This document shows, in pieces, positions 10,501-20,254 of a DNA stretch of 64,000 nucleotides. The stretch spans positions 160,001 through 224,000 of the forward strand of contig CBDBFU010000028.1 of NCBI GenBank assembly GCA_965205025.1, read 5' to 3'. The notes under the pieces were generated by a model. It had not been told where the DNA came from, did no database searches, and saw nothing but the letters and a program-made list of their open reading frames with translations. Each line of letters opens with the position of its first letter. Position 1 is the first letter of the stretch. Source of the DNA: Candidatus Poribacteria bacterium. Lineage in GTDB: Bacteria; Poribacteria; WGA-4E; WGA-3G. A program made the translations under genes and the position numbers.

Positions 10501-13500
10501 CGCTACTGCGACGACTGAATACTCACCATCATCTATTCCAACCGGTGGGGTAAATGTAAACTCATTACCATCTACAACAACTGGAATAGCTTGACCATTA
10601 ACTGTTACTGCAACTGTAGCCTCAACACCTGAGAACTCACCTTGAAGCATTGGTTTACCGTGATCAAACACTTGTCCCGCAGCAGGTGAATGAATAACTA
10701 CTGAAGGACCAGGAATATCAACGGTAAAGACCGATGAAGTCTCAGCAGTTCTGCCATTTCCATCTGTCACTTCAACAGCAATCGTATGTTCACCATGACT
10801 CAGAGCATCAGCCGGAGTATATGTGAATTCGTTGTTGTCGTTTACAGATGCTTCTACAGCATTACCATCAATTGTTAATGCAACTACAATCTCATCTGCA
10901 CCTGAGAAATTACCAGATATGACTGGTTTACCGTGGTCTAAAGTCTGACCAGCAGTTGGTGTTAGAATTGCAACTGTAGGTACAGGTAAACTAACGGAAA
11001 ATATAACGGTTGCTTTGGCTGTTTTACCATTCGCATCTGTCGCTACTGCGACGACTGAATATTCACCATCATCTATTCCAACTGGTGGTGTAAATGTAAA
11101 CTCATTACCATCTACAACAACTGGAATAGCTTGACCATTAACTGTTACTGCAACTGTAGCCTCAACACCTGAGAACTCACCTTGAAGCATCGGCATACCG
11201 TGATCATAGGTTTGTCCTGGAGCAGGTGAATGAATAGCTACCATAGGACCGGGAATATCAACGGTAAATATAGTGGATGTCATAGCAGTCTTTCCGTTAG
11301 CATCTGTAACTTCAACGGCGACTGTATGTTCACCATGACTTAACTCCATTGCAGGAGTGTAAGAGAATTGATTACCGCTTGTTTCCACTGCAACAGTCTC
11401 TCCATCAATAGAAAGTGCAACCATTACAGGATCAGCGCCAGTAAATTCACCCGTTATAATAGGTGTACCATGGTTATATACTTGAGTTGGTTCTGGTGAT
11501 AGAATTGCCACTGTCGGAATAGGTAATGTAATTGTAAAGGTTAAACCTGTCTGAGATGTTAATCCACTACCATCCGTAACTTCAACAGAGACGTTATGAT
11601 CGCCTTCAATGAAACCACCATCAGGCATATAAGTGAAGTTGTTTCCCTCTACATCCGCGGTTACATCAGCATCATTGACCATAAACTTCGTAATGTTTAC
11701 CTCACCACCACCAGTATAGAAACCGGTGATACTTGCTGGACTTGCATCAAATTGTTGTCCAGAAGCAGGGGCAGTTATTACGACTGTTGGGTTGATACCT
11801 TCTACAGCAAATGCGACTGAATGATTACCGATGTTACCAAGACTATCACTTACCTGAACAGCGAACTTATAGGCTCCACCTGCAAGTTTGTCTATTCGTG
11901 TATAGACGACAGAATCGCCATCTTGTTCAACCATACCTTGGTCAACATCAATCGGCATCTCTTCCTGAGTGTCGCTGTTAGGACGTAGCCGTGCTAAACT
12001 TACAGCTGCTGTATTATCAGCACTTACACCGACACCTAAATCGCCATCGTTATAGGTCGCCTGGAGGGTTGGCAAGTCATTGACTGTTGCCCCTTCAGTA
12101 GGCGTTACAAATTCAACCATTGGACCGGTGTTATCAAGATTAATCATTGCTAATGGGAAGGCTACCGAACCGTTTCGTTTGGTAGCCTCACCATGGGGTG
12201 TATACCATCCGTCAACGACGCTGCCGAGTTCATCTGCCATTAATGAGAATGAATTCTCAGCATCACTACCAGCTGTATACATAACACGGTGACCATCAAC
12301 AAGGACGCCAGTAAGATCATCAACCATCAACGAACCATTATTCACATTGAAACTAACGGAGATAGAATCACGGAGTGGGATCGTTTCTGGGAGCTCACCT
12401 TCGACAAGTTCACCATCAACTGCTGTTACTGTTAGATCAGTAATATCACTGACACGGAAGTTGAGGACATGTACGGTGACTATCGGTGAAGGCATATCAA
12501 GTTCACCTTGAACTTGCCAGTTCCCGAATTCGTCTGCAACAAGCGCATGATACATATATGTACCATTTGCCAACTGACCAACATCAACAGTAACAGTGCC
12601 GTCTTCCAGACTACCATCTGTTGCTGTCATGTTTCCATCGGCATCAGTTTGTACGACTCTGATACTACCACCTTCATAGGTAATAGGATTAGCAGTTGGT
12701 TCAACAGTGAATATAGCAACGGGTGTATCAACGGTAGGATCAACAATACCGCCAACAGTGTAGCTGTCATCTTCATTAGCTTCAATTGAGCCAGCGGCAT
12801 CAGCAACATCTGTGATGTTTGTCGGACCGAGTGGTGGCACATCATCAAGATTGTCTAATGAGAAGGACGTTTCGACACCACCTCGTTCTAAATATTCATC
12901 CCGTTTTGGATATTCGACTTGAGCCAGATTTGCCGGTGTGAGTGCATACGCACGTACCACATACTGGTTCTCGTCTTCGACTACAGAGCGTTCAGAAGCA
13001 CCATCGCCTCGGTTGATTGTATCATCAAGTTTGATGGTATTTTCTGCTGTGACGGTATCTTCCAATGCCAACTTACGCGTATCCACTTTATAAGACCATT
13101 TCCTAAGGGTCGCGGGACTTGTCCCTTCTGCCTCAGAAATGTCAACAAGTGCACCAATAACACCAACATTCGTAATTCCAGCATTTACCTCAGGAATATC
13201 GTACAAATCTGTAATTGGCACTTCGGATACATTCACAAGTTCAGATGGCTCTGCAGTACCAGTAATACGTTCCCACGTATCATCAACGGGGCGTTTAACT
13301 TCAACACGAATGCCTTCGGTTGGAGCTGAAGTAGTACCGTGCGTATAGACATCGAAAGTGAGTTCACCTTGCGGTGCGCCACTGTCCGGATTTACCATGC
13401 CATCTGAATTCACAACGGCAATTGCTAATACACCCGGATCAGGTCTGTAGGAATTTTGGACATTAACTGTGACTTTATTGTCAACAGTCTCAATGATTTG

Positions 13501-16500
13501 ACCATCGGCATCACGATCATGGGATTGAATCCATTGCATATTCCCTTCCATGTCCGCGTCATAAGCCCTGGCATATACTTTAAAACTAAATACTTTGCCC
13601 TTTGGATTATAGATATTCTTGTCCGCATTTTCGATATATGCATCTTCCAAATATGTATCATTGTGGACATCATCATCTTCATCCATCAGTGTACCGACAT
13701 CAACAGTTACAGTAAAGACACCTGCTTCAGTTTCGGTTATATCCCCGATAATAGCACCTGCAGGTAGATCTGTGTTGAATTCCACGGATGCGTAGGTATC
13801 ACGTTTCGCTGTCGCTGTAATCGTGAACGTAACTACAGGAGATTCCGAGGTATATTTATCAACAAGACCGCCAACTGTATAAGTTCCGTCACCATTATCC
13901 ATAAAGACAGAATTTTCTGGGTCAATGCTTGTTGCGACGACGTTTGTCGGACCGAGTGGACCAACGTCGTCATCATTGTCTACTGAGAATTTTTCGGTAA
14001 ACGCATCGCCTTCAGCAACTCCAGCTTCATCCTTCCCCTCGGTGGTAACTGGGTACGCACGTACCATGTAACGGTTACCATCCAACTCTACATACGTCAT
14101 GTCAGGATCGGATGCAGCGTGTGCAGCATCAAGATCAGCTTCAGTGATACTGTCTGCTAAAGCAGTGGTATCAACATCAACAGACCATTTGACGTAGCTG
14201 CTGGTTGAATCAACGTGGGTATCTGAAGCCTCATAGACAGCTGCTAAAGTTTTACCTTTAAACATGGCATCGGCTGTCATAGCACCATCAACAACATTAT
14301 CACCATCAGGTGCAGTCTCGACTTCAGCAGTACCAACATCCATCCAATCGTTGCCGTCCATACTGACTTGAACCAGAATAGCAGTTGTCTCTGGCACTGT
14401 CCGACGTGCTGCATATCCATCAAGTGTGATTGTACCTTGCGGTGCACCACTATCCGGACTTCTCATCTTGATGGAATCTTGATCAACATCGGCAATCAAG
14501 ACCTTCGGATCAACTGGAAGCACATCCGCATCAAGATGTATTTTGAACATCTCTGATGTATGTGAAAACTCTAATTCATTAGTAGTTACAGTTTGAATAG
14601 CGACTTCAGAACCGGCAGCGACTAAGTCTTGGAAATCTGTTACTGTCCAATGGACTTGGATAGTATCACCAGCTGTTTTATCGGCTTCTTTCAAGTCAAA
14701 CGTATAATCAGGATCATCAGACGTTAAATCAGGATCATAAATTGTAACCCATTCTCCATCGGCATTCTGATACTGTACCTTGATTTTTCCTGGATGGACT
14801 GTCCGTTCAGTGAGTGTAACTGTTAGAGTGATCATATCAGTATTACTGTAGAGATGATCATTTTCATAGGAGTCAACTTTACCGTTATGGTTGATATCAC
14901 CTAAACTTGCGGCTGTTACCTTTGATCTATCAGTCTCAGGACCAACGATTCTTAGTCTTGTTGGTGGCACATGAGAACCGACATTAAAGACTGTATCAAT
15001 CCCCATAGCACGGATACCAAAATCACCAGTTAGGAGTGGTATATTTTCACCTTGGATAGGCATTCCCATGGGACGTGCCGGATCAAATACTAAAGGAATT
15101 AGATTAAAGTCTTGGATGACAGCTCCAAACAGGCCACCAATTAATTTTAGTTGCTCATCACTGAGTTTTATATTTAAATTAGCCAAGAATGGTCCTGCTA
15201 ATCCTGCAATATCAGCATTTAGCAAACCAATCAATGCATTTACATCTAATCCTGCCAATACTTGGATATTTGGATCTGTCTGTCCTTGTAATTCTTCTCG
15301 GATTCGATCCCAAATATCTGATGCTAACATTGAATTTTCAACTGTCAATGGCAACCAAGTGCCTACCGGATTTCCATCAGCATCCAAATCAATTAACTGA
15401 TAAAGGAAATATCCTGTAGCTGTATCAAAACCAACTGTGTCACCAATACCAACTGCGTTACTTGCATGTATGTTTAGTACAGATGGTAGTGATGAATCTT
15501 TAGCAGTAGCGACAAAAATACCATCTTTATTCAAATAACCTGCAGTATTTGCATCCGCGGGTTCGATTGCGATATCTGCTGTTGGCGCAGTGGTGTCAAC
15601 CGTTAGGTTCGCAGTAATATGATCAACTGCAGCACCATTTGCATTATATACAACCGCTTCAATCTTAGATGTGCCACCTATTGGCGAATCTTCAATTGAA
15701 CCGATATCTGCATACCATAGCGATTCAATAGCATTATCAACATCCCCTATAGTGAATACTGATGATAAACGCGGATCAAAATTGCCTTCAAATGTTGTAA
15801 ACAATGCATTGGCATTTCGTAGTATCAACCTTCCCAATTTGTTTACATCACTACCTTTAATTTTAAATTCAGATGCAGGTTTACCCAATTGGGGTAGGAC
15901 TATCGTTGCAACTTCTGCTGCGACATCTGGGGTAATCAGATCCTCAAGAATACCACGATCAGCAAATTGAAGGTTTTTGGGATCTGGCATTGACCAACTA
16001 CTTATAGTGTATGTATTAGTAGGATCAAGGCTGTGTGTACCTGCTTTTGAATCAAGTGCTTCAAAAACTGCTTCAGGATTAATTACCTCAAGCATGACAG
16101 GTTCAACCAATGTAACTTCAAAGTAGTAGTAAGTACTACCTTTGGGAAGGATACCTATCTTACTTTCCCAAACAACGCCGTTTTCACCATGCACTGGGTC
16201 CATATCAACGGCGATGTAATCTCCATCCAAACCTGTCTCTGAATACCGTAGCACAACACCTGAGAAGAGTTGGTTGCCTAAAGCTGGCCATGCAGGTAAG
16301 TTAGTTGCAGCAAGTGATTCCTCTAAACTGAAGACATAAGGAATCGTATCAGCTTGAAATTCATCGGTAGTTATTCGTTTTCCTTCACCGACGATGTAGT
16401 CGTCGATCCTGAATTCAACACGTCCTCCTTCAAGTGTAGACGGAACACGTACATTAAGATTTAGACTATCACTTGTGAGATACTTCTGTTTGAACGGACC

Positions 16501-17445
16501 TTCTGGATCATCAAGGTTGAAAATTGCGCTCAGCAGTGAAGGTGTAATTCCATTTCCAAAGTTATCAGGGTCCAACTGATCTTCATTAAGAGGATAGAAA
16601 GGAGACCGTGGATTCCGTGCAGTGAGTACTTGTTTAATTTGTTTCTTTGGTAGGAACCCTTTTGGAACTTGTGCAAGAATAATGTCAACAACATCATCAA
16701 CATATTCATCTGCTAAATCCTTAGATAATCCAGCAGCTTCAATCATATCTCTGATAAAGGCTCGTCCGTGTACTCTATTCAGGGAAAGTCCACCGAGTTT
16801 TGACTTGCCATTTATATTTGATGGAGTCAATTCAACAGGATCACCCATCCCTTCTTTTGGGGGGTCAGGTTTCACTGGTGGTGGTACAGGATCCACTGGT
16901 GGTGGTACAGGATCCACTGGTGGTACAGGATCCACTGGTGGTGGTACAGGATCCACTGGTGGTGGTACAGGATCCACTGGTGGTGGTACAGGATCGGTTG
17001 GAGTTGCCGCAGCAATCAACGCTGCGAGTTCATCAAGTGCAGTGGCAAGCTCATCACCCTTTAAACTAAGTAAAGCCACAGTGGTATTATCTTTTAGCAC
17101 TGCTTGGACATCCGCATCTGCTATCAAAGCAATGTGATCATCAGTTAGTGTGATACCTTGAGCCGCAGCAATGCCTTTTAACGTGGCTCCTGTAGGATCG
17201 GACGTAACTAAAGTGATAGCAGTATTGATTAGGGTCGGTATATCAAGAGGTGAGCCCTTAAGACCATCCAAAAGCGGTGGCAGGTGAACTTTCACGTCAT
17301 CACGCAAAAGTGTATCTTTATGTTCATCAAACACTTGTTGCGCTAAAGAGGCATCCTCTTGCGCTAACACAATGCCTGGGGTTAAACTGTGAAAAACACA
17401 CAATGTAAAAATCAAAAACGAAACAAAGAGTGTTCGTTTTTTCAT
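7513..17445 (-). CDS. Giant (3310 aa) secreted Ig-like-repeat surface protein/adhesin with an FlgD/T9SS-like C-terminal domain
   Basis: Sec signal; Pro-rich linker; many ~90-aa repeats (P.V.I.SP..GQ..DHG.P...G.F.G...L..GEH.V.V...D.NG); CTD PFNYPNPF...WDGKSSSGEDLARGIYF. Confidence 0.9.
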   Translation of the reverse strand: MKKRTLFVSFLIFTLCVFHSLTPGIVLAQEDASLAQQVFDEHKDTLLRDDVKVHLPPLLDGLKGSPLDIPTLINTAITLVTSDPTGATLKGIAAAQGITLTDDHIALIADADVQAVLKDNTTVALLSLKGDELATALDELAALIAAATPTDPVPPPVDPVPPPVDPVPPPVDPVPPVDPVPPPVDPVPPPVKPDPPKEGMGDPVELTPSNINGKSKLGGLSLNRVHGRAFIRDMIEAAGLSKDLADEYVDDVVDIILAQVPKGFLPKKQIKQVLTARNPRSPFYPLNEDQLDPDNFGNGITPSLLSAIFNLDDPEGPFKQKYLTSDSLNLNVRVPSTLEGGRVEFRIDDYIVGEGKRITTDEFQADTIPYVFSLEESLAATNLPAWPALGNQLFSGVVLRYSETGLDGDYIAVDMDPVHGENGVVWESKIGILPKGSTYYYFEVTLVEPVMLEVINPEAVFEALDSKAGTHSLDPTNTYTISSWSMPDPKNLQFADRGILEDLITPDVAAEVATIVLPQLGKPASEFKIKGSDVNKLGRLILRNANALFTTFEGNFDPRLSSVFTIGDVDNAIESLWYADIGSIEDSPIGGTSKIEAVVYNANGAAVDHITANLTVDTTAPTADIAIEPADANTAGYLNKDGIFVATAKDSSLPSVLNIHASNAVGIGDTVGFDTATGYFLYQLIDLDADGNPVGTWLPLTVENSMLASDIWDRIREELQGQTDPNIQVLAGLDVNALIGLLNADIAGLAGPFLANLNIKLSDEQLKLIGGLFGAVIQDFNLIPLVFDPARPMGMPIQGENIPLLTGDFGIRAMGIDTVFNVGSHVPPTRLRIVGPETDRSKVTAASLGDINHNGKVDSYENDHLYSNTDMITLTVTLTERTVHPGKIKVQYQNADGEWVTIYDPDLTSDDPDYTFDLKEADKTAGDTIQVHWTVTDFQDLVAAGSEVAIQTVTTNELEFSHTSEMFKIHLDADVLPVDPKVLIADVDQDSIKMRSPDSGAPQGTITLDGYAARRTVPETTAILVQVSMDGNDWMDVGTAEVETAPDGDNVVDGAMTADAMFKGKTLAAVYEASDTHVDSTSSYVKWSVDVDTTALADSITEADLDAAHAASDPDMTYVELDGNRYMVRAYPVTTEGKDEAGVAEGDAFTEKFSVDNDDDVGPLGPTNVVATSIDPENSVFMDNGDGTYTVGGLVDKYTSESPVVTFTITATAKRDTYASVEFNTDLPAGAIIGDITETEAGVFTVTVDVGTLMDEDDDVHNDTYLEDAYIENADKNIYNPKGKVFSFKVYARAYDADMEGNMQWIQSHDRDADGQIIETVDNKVTVNVQNSYRPDPGVLAIAVVNSDGMVNPDSGAPQGELTFDVYTHGTTSAPTEGIRVEVKRPVDDTWERITGTAEPSELVNVSEVPITDLYDIPEVNAGITNVGVIGALVDISEAEGTSPATLRKWSYKVDTRKLALEDTVTAENTIKLDDTINRGDGASERSVVEDENQYVVRAYALTPANLAQVEYPKRDEYLERGGVETSFSLDNLDDVPPLGPTNITDVADAAGSIEANEDDSYTVGGIVDPTVDTPVAIFTVEPTANPITYEGGSIRVVQTDADGNMTATDGSLEDGTVTVDVGQLANGTYMYHALVADEFGNWQVQGELDMPSPIVTVHVLNFRVSDITDLTVTAVDGELVEGELPETIPLRDSISVSFNVNNGSLMVDDLTGVLVDGHRVMYTAGSDAENSFSLMADELGSVVDGWYTPHGEATKRNGSVAFPLAMINLDNTGPMVEFVTPTEGATVNDLPTLQATYNDGDLGVGVSADNTAAVSLARLRPNSDTQEEMPIDVDQGMVEQDGDSVVYTRIDKLAGGAYKFAVQVSDSLGNIGNHSVAFAVEGINPTVVITAPASGQQFDASPASITGFYTGGGEVNITKFMVNDADVTADVEGNNFTYMPDGGFIEGDHNVSVEVTDGSGLTSQTGLTFTITLPIPTVAILSPEPTQVYNHGTPIITGEFTGADPVMVALSIDGETVAVETSGNQFSYTPAMELSHGEHTVAVEVTDANGKTAMTSTIFTVDIPGPMVAIHSPAPGQTYDHGMPMLQGEFSGVEATVAVTVNGQAIPVVVDGNEFTFTPPVGIDDGEYSVVAVATDANGKTAKATVIFSVSLPVPTVAILTPTAGQTLDHGKPVISGNFSGADEIVVALTIDGNAVEASVNDNNEFTYTPADALSHGEHTIAVEVTDGNGRTAETSSVFTVDIPGPSVVIHSPAAGQVFDHGKPMLQGEFSGVEATVAVTVNGQAIPVVVDGNEFTFTPPVGIDDGEYSVVAVATDANGKTAKATVVFSVSLPVPTVAILSPTAGQILDHGKPVISGNFSGADEIVVALTIDGNAVEASVNDNNEFTYTPADALSHGEHTIAVEVTDGNGRTAETSSVFTVDIPGPTVAIHSPAAGQMFDHGKPMLQGEFSGVEATVAVTVNGQAIPVVVDGNEFTFTPPVGIGDGEYSVVAVATDANGKTAKATVVFSVSLPVPTVAILSPTAGQILDHGKPVISGNFSGADEIVVALTIDGNVVEASVNDNNEFTYTPADALSHGEHTIAVEITDGNGRTAETSSVFTVDIPGPSVAIHSPASGQLFDHGKPMLQGEFSGVDPELTVMVNDEELEVEVDGNEFTFTPADGLDDGEYTVVAEVVDANGKTAKATAVFSVRLPEPTVTIKSPAAGLTYDNGSPVIAGEFTGVAPVEVKLSINGEDAEVKVDGNQFTHDLAEALAHGDHTISVEVTDANGKTAQATTVFTVDIPGPSVSILSPASGQTYDHGTPVIRAEFMGSTEVNVTTFTINGEDADGEVEDNQLTYTVDPALGDGEHTVVVEVTDANKKTAEASVVFSVMKDKTAPIISAYAPTGVVRLNKADVADEDMGITISADISDPESDLLSVKYLINDTAPTHSYPVDNAGNKFEVTHSFNAGTHSITLIAASEGGSKEFRWTFTVEVDEAAPAITNITPSGTVLAGLPTISASATDDTGVEEMSITLMDSEGKEVKGKTSDDDEDRANEGITRLDFNPDAPLEEGTYTINVRATDGYGNSSTAKGGFTVTFDTAAPIITMASPQNGSRLTYKHDEERKPNISIAYSDAGTGVNVDSIRFVFNDQLINLTSKQKSASQVNYTPPADLEPGKYVVKLEVSDNAHQQGNVSEKNKGAREANTAVYEFSFFVERGDTPIMWAAPFNYPNPFSKNTRISLVLARRANVSITILDSTLRPVRVLVDNEVMDAGNYTKNPAGAGSNAIGWDGKSSSGEDLARGIYFCQIEVNDGIEPEFVMLKLALTR
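9560..11270 (-). repeat. About three near-identical 540-bp intragenic tandem units (two Ig domains each); ends approximate
   Basis: Sequence at 9661, 10201 and 10741 is nearly identical, period 540. Confidence 0.9.
16873..16994 (-). repeat. 21-bp (one 18-bp) tandem repeat encoding PPPVDPV
   Basis: About six iterations of GGATCCACTGGTGGTGGTACA on the + strand. Confidence 0.9.
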
Positions 17446-18061
17446 TAACTTTTCCTCCTCGTTAAGTCACGCTAAAACGAGACTAAATACTGAAGTTTTA
17501 AATGGGCGATAAACACGACATAAAAGACCGGAGGTAGGTGTTTGCCCATCCAAATAACATCCTACTACCAAGTATAAAAATTCTTTTTCCTACTACGTAA
17601 GTCAACCCAAAGATAGTGTTAACATATCTTGAATAAATGTCAAAAGCAGCAATTCTTGGCACCGAAGATTGTAGCATCCCAATGTGGATACGAAGCGATA
17701 GTTTACCTAATAGATTCGGTTGATTACGTATATCTAATGTTTTATTGACTGAAAATGAGTCCATAATAAAGGAACATCGGATATTTTAACAAATGTCAAA
17801 ATAATACACAAGTATTTAATTGGAAAATAGTGTTTAATTCTTGTAAAAATATCAAATTTCCCATCCTATCATTTTATATCAACGATTAAATTATAGTCAT
17901 AGATAACATATTACCATAAATTAAAATATAAGTCAAATGATTTTCTTAATTTATGTATACAAATTCTTACCTTTTTAGTATTGATATTTCCAATTTACAA
18001 TTGGCAAAAATCTATTAATTGACAGAATACTATTAAAGGTTAAAATTGTCAACAAAGATTC

Positions 18062-18820
18062 ATGTTGGAGAAAATAGGTATGTTAAACACCTCAGAAAAA
18101 TCTCATCTTGATGAATACGGATATTTATTGTTGGAAAATATGATTTCAACAGATACAGCCGCGATATTACGGGAACGTTCTATGGAACTTGCAGAATTAG
18201 AACAAGCATCTGGTCATGGTCATACATATATGCAGGATGATCGTGCTCAACGAGTTTGGAATCTCATTGATAAAGGAGAAGTCTTTGAAGAGGCAATTCA
18301 ACACCCGAATATGCTTCCTGCGATGGAATATCTTCTTGGTGGTGATTGTACGCTCAGTTCTTTTACAGTCAATATCCTTTATCCTGGAGCACCAGATGGT
18401 GGTCTCCATATTGATTATCCCTTATCATCGCTTCCGACACCTCGTCCAAACTTTCCATTGGTTGCCAACAGTGTTTGGTTTTTAGATGATTTTACACTTG
18501 AAAACGGAGCTACCAGTTGTGTACCAAGTAGTCATCATAGGTTGGAAGCAGTGCCTGAATCGGGAGTGGAATATGATGATGAGAAACAGATCTGTGGACC
18601 TGCGGGATCAGTTTTAATTGTCAATGGTGCGGTTTGGCATGGTTCATCAGAGAATAGAAGTGATACGACTCGTGTCGCGTTACTCGGCTTTTTCTGTCGT
18701 TCTGTTCTAAAACCACAACAGGATCATATTAAGATTGTATCTGATGAAGTAATTGACCGTGCTTCTCCGACCTTAAAACGTTTACTTGGATTTAATTCGT
18801 TGCCAAATTTGAATACGTAG
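18062..18820 (+). CDS. Phytanoyl-CoA dioxygenase family protein
   Basis: LDEYGYL, LHIDYP, DDFTLENGATSCVPSSH, WHGSSENRS..R. Confidence 0.9.
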   Translation: MLEKIGMLNTSEKSHLDEYGYLLLENMISTDTAAILRERSMELAELEQASGHGHTYMQDDRAQRVWNLIDKGEVFEEAIQHPNMLPAMEYLLGGDCTLSSFTVNILYPGAPDGGLHIDYPLSSLPTPRPNFPLVANSVWFLDDFTLENGATSCVPSSHHRLEAVPESGVEYDDEKQICGPAGSVLIVNGAVWHGSSENRSDTTRVALLGFFCRSVLKPQQDHIKIVSDEVIDRASPTLKRLLGFNSLPNLNT

Positions 18821-20237
18821 TAATTGAATCTAAGAGGGATAGGGCAGCTTGTTCACCACTGTGGATACAATCTGGGATTCCGATGCCAGTGTATGCGTTC
18901 CCTGCTAATGTAATTCCTTTAATGTTTTTTATTATAGCTTGGATATCACTAATATTGCTCTGGTGTCCTACCAAATATTGTGCCATTGATTGGCTATGAT
19001 GGCTGACAACTGTAAATATAGGTTCGGTTTTAATACCGAGTAAATTGGACACATCTTTTATAGTCAGAGAAACAACTCCCTCAAGACCCAAATTTTGCAT
19101 TGTATTCTCACCCACGAATGCACGAATTAAGACATTTTCCAGAGGTACGCGATTCTCAAATTTAACACTGCTAAATGAGCAACCAATTAAATTCAGTTGT
19201 TCTGTTATAGGGACAACAAAACCCATTCCGTTGAGAGGATGTGAAATATCTTCACGACGGAAAGCCATATTAACTGTGGTTGAGGATGTGTATGGTATAG
19301 TATTGAGTTTTTCTGCTACAGTAGGGATTTCATTGTTTATGATTTGACTTGTACGTGGCGCGGGTAGTGCAATGCAGAGTAAATCTGTTTCTACAGTAGT
19401 ATCGTTTTCAAGAACAACCTGCCAAGTGGAGTTGCCATCATATTTGTGAATTGTCTTAACTGTAGTGTTGTGTTGGATACACTCTGAGAGTTGCTCGGTA
19501 AGTGTATCAACTAAGGTCTGCATACCATTTGTGAAGGATAAGAATAGACTGTATCGTGGTCCACTTGTATCCCTACTTGTTTGGGATGCTCTCTTTTTTT
19601 GGTTAATGAGTGCTCTTATGATACTGCCATGTTCCTTTTCCATTTCCAAGAATCGGGGGAATGTTGCTTTCAAACTTAGATTTTCTGCATCTGAAGTGTA
19701 GATACCACCAATCATGGGTTGTGCCATACGTTCAAATGCTTCAGTACCAAGTCGGCGTCTAACGAACTCTGCAACCGATTCATCATCAGGATTTTCTTGG
19801 GGTGAAATGATCAGATCTAATAATATTCGGAGTTTACCTTTCAAACTGAATATAGGTGTTTTTATAAATGGTAGGAAAGATCCGGGAGCCATCATGTAAA
19901 ATCCTTCTGGTACAGGAATGAGTTTTCTGTTCCGTACTACGAAGCTTCTTCTGACTTTGGAATTTGTACTGATCAGATGTTTATCAATCCCGAGTTCTTC
20001 ACATAACGCTTTTGCCCACGGTTTTGTTGATATAAAGGCGTCTGGACCGTGTTCAATGACAAATCCATCTCGATGTTCTGTTTGTATAACACCACCAACT
20101 CTGTTGCTTGCTTCAAGTAACTTTAAGTCGAGAGGGATATCTCTTTTTTCTGCTTCAGTTTTTAGTCGATAGGCAGCTGCCAAGCCAGTAATTCCACCTC
20201 CGATGACGATGGCGCGTTTGTTTGGTTGGGTCATCAT
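18792..20237 (-). CDS. hemY: Protoporphyrinogen/coproporphyrinogen III oxidase (HemY/CgoX)
   Basis: GGGITGLAAAY FAD motif, EHGPDAF, GGIY, LAGNAYTGIGIPDCI. Confidence 0.92.
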   Translation of the reverse strand: MMTQPNKRAIVIGGGITGLAAAYRLKTEAEKRDIPLDLKLLEASNRVGGVIQTEHRDGFVIEHGPDAFISTKPWAKALCEELGIDKHLISTNSKVRRSFVVRNRKLIPVPEGFYMMAPGSFLPFIKTPIFSLKGKLRILLDLIISPQENPDDESVAEFVRRRLGTEAFERMAQPMIGGIYTSDAENLSLKATFPRFLEMEKEHGSIIRALINQKKRASQTSRDTSGPRYSLFLSFTNGMQTLVDTLTEQLSECIQHNTTVKTIHKYDGNSTWQVVLENDTTVETDLLCIALPAPRTSQIINNEIPTVAEKLNTIPYTSSTTVNMAFRREDISHPLNGMGFVVPITEQLNLIGCSFSSVKFENRVPLENVLIRAFVGENTMQNLGLEGVVSLTIKDVSNLLGIKTEPIFTVVSHHSQSMAQYLVGHQSNISDIQAIIKNIKGITLAGNAYTGIGIPDCIHSGEQAALSLLDSITTYSNLATN

Positions 20238-20254
20238 CTATGTTTCAGTTAAAA

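Noticed and set aside
16622-17137. Gly/Thr-rich and VVVQDPL-repeat ORFs on the + strand
   Set aside because: Antisense shadows of the PPPVDPV repeat in the giant gene
17498-17764. 88-aa ORF upstream of the giant gene
   Set aside because: No recognisable features; probably 5' UTR or promoter DNA
18792-18820. 29-bp convergent overlap of PhyH and hemY
   Set aside because: Ordinary short tail-to-tail overlap
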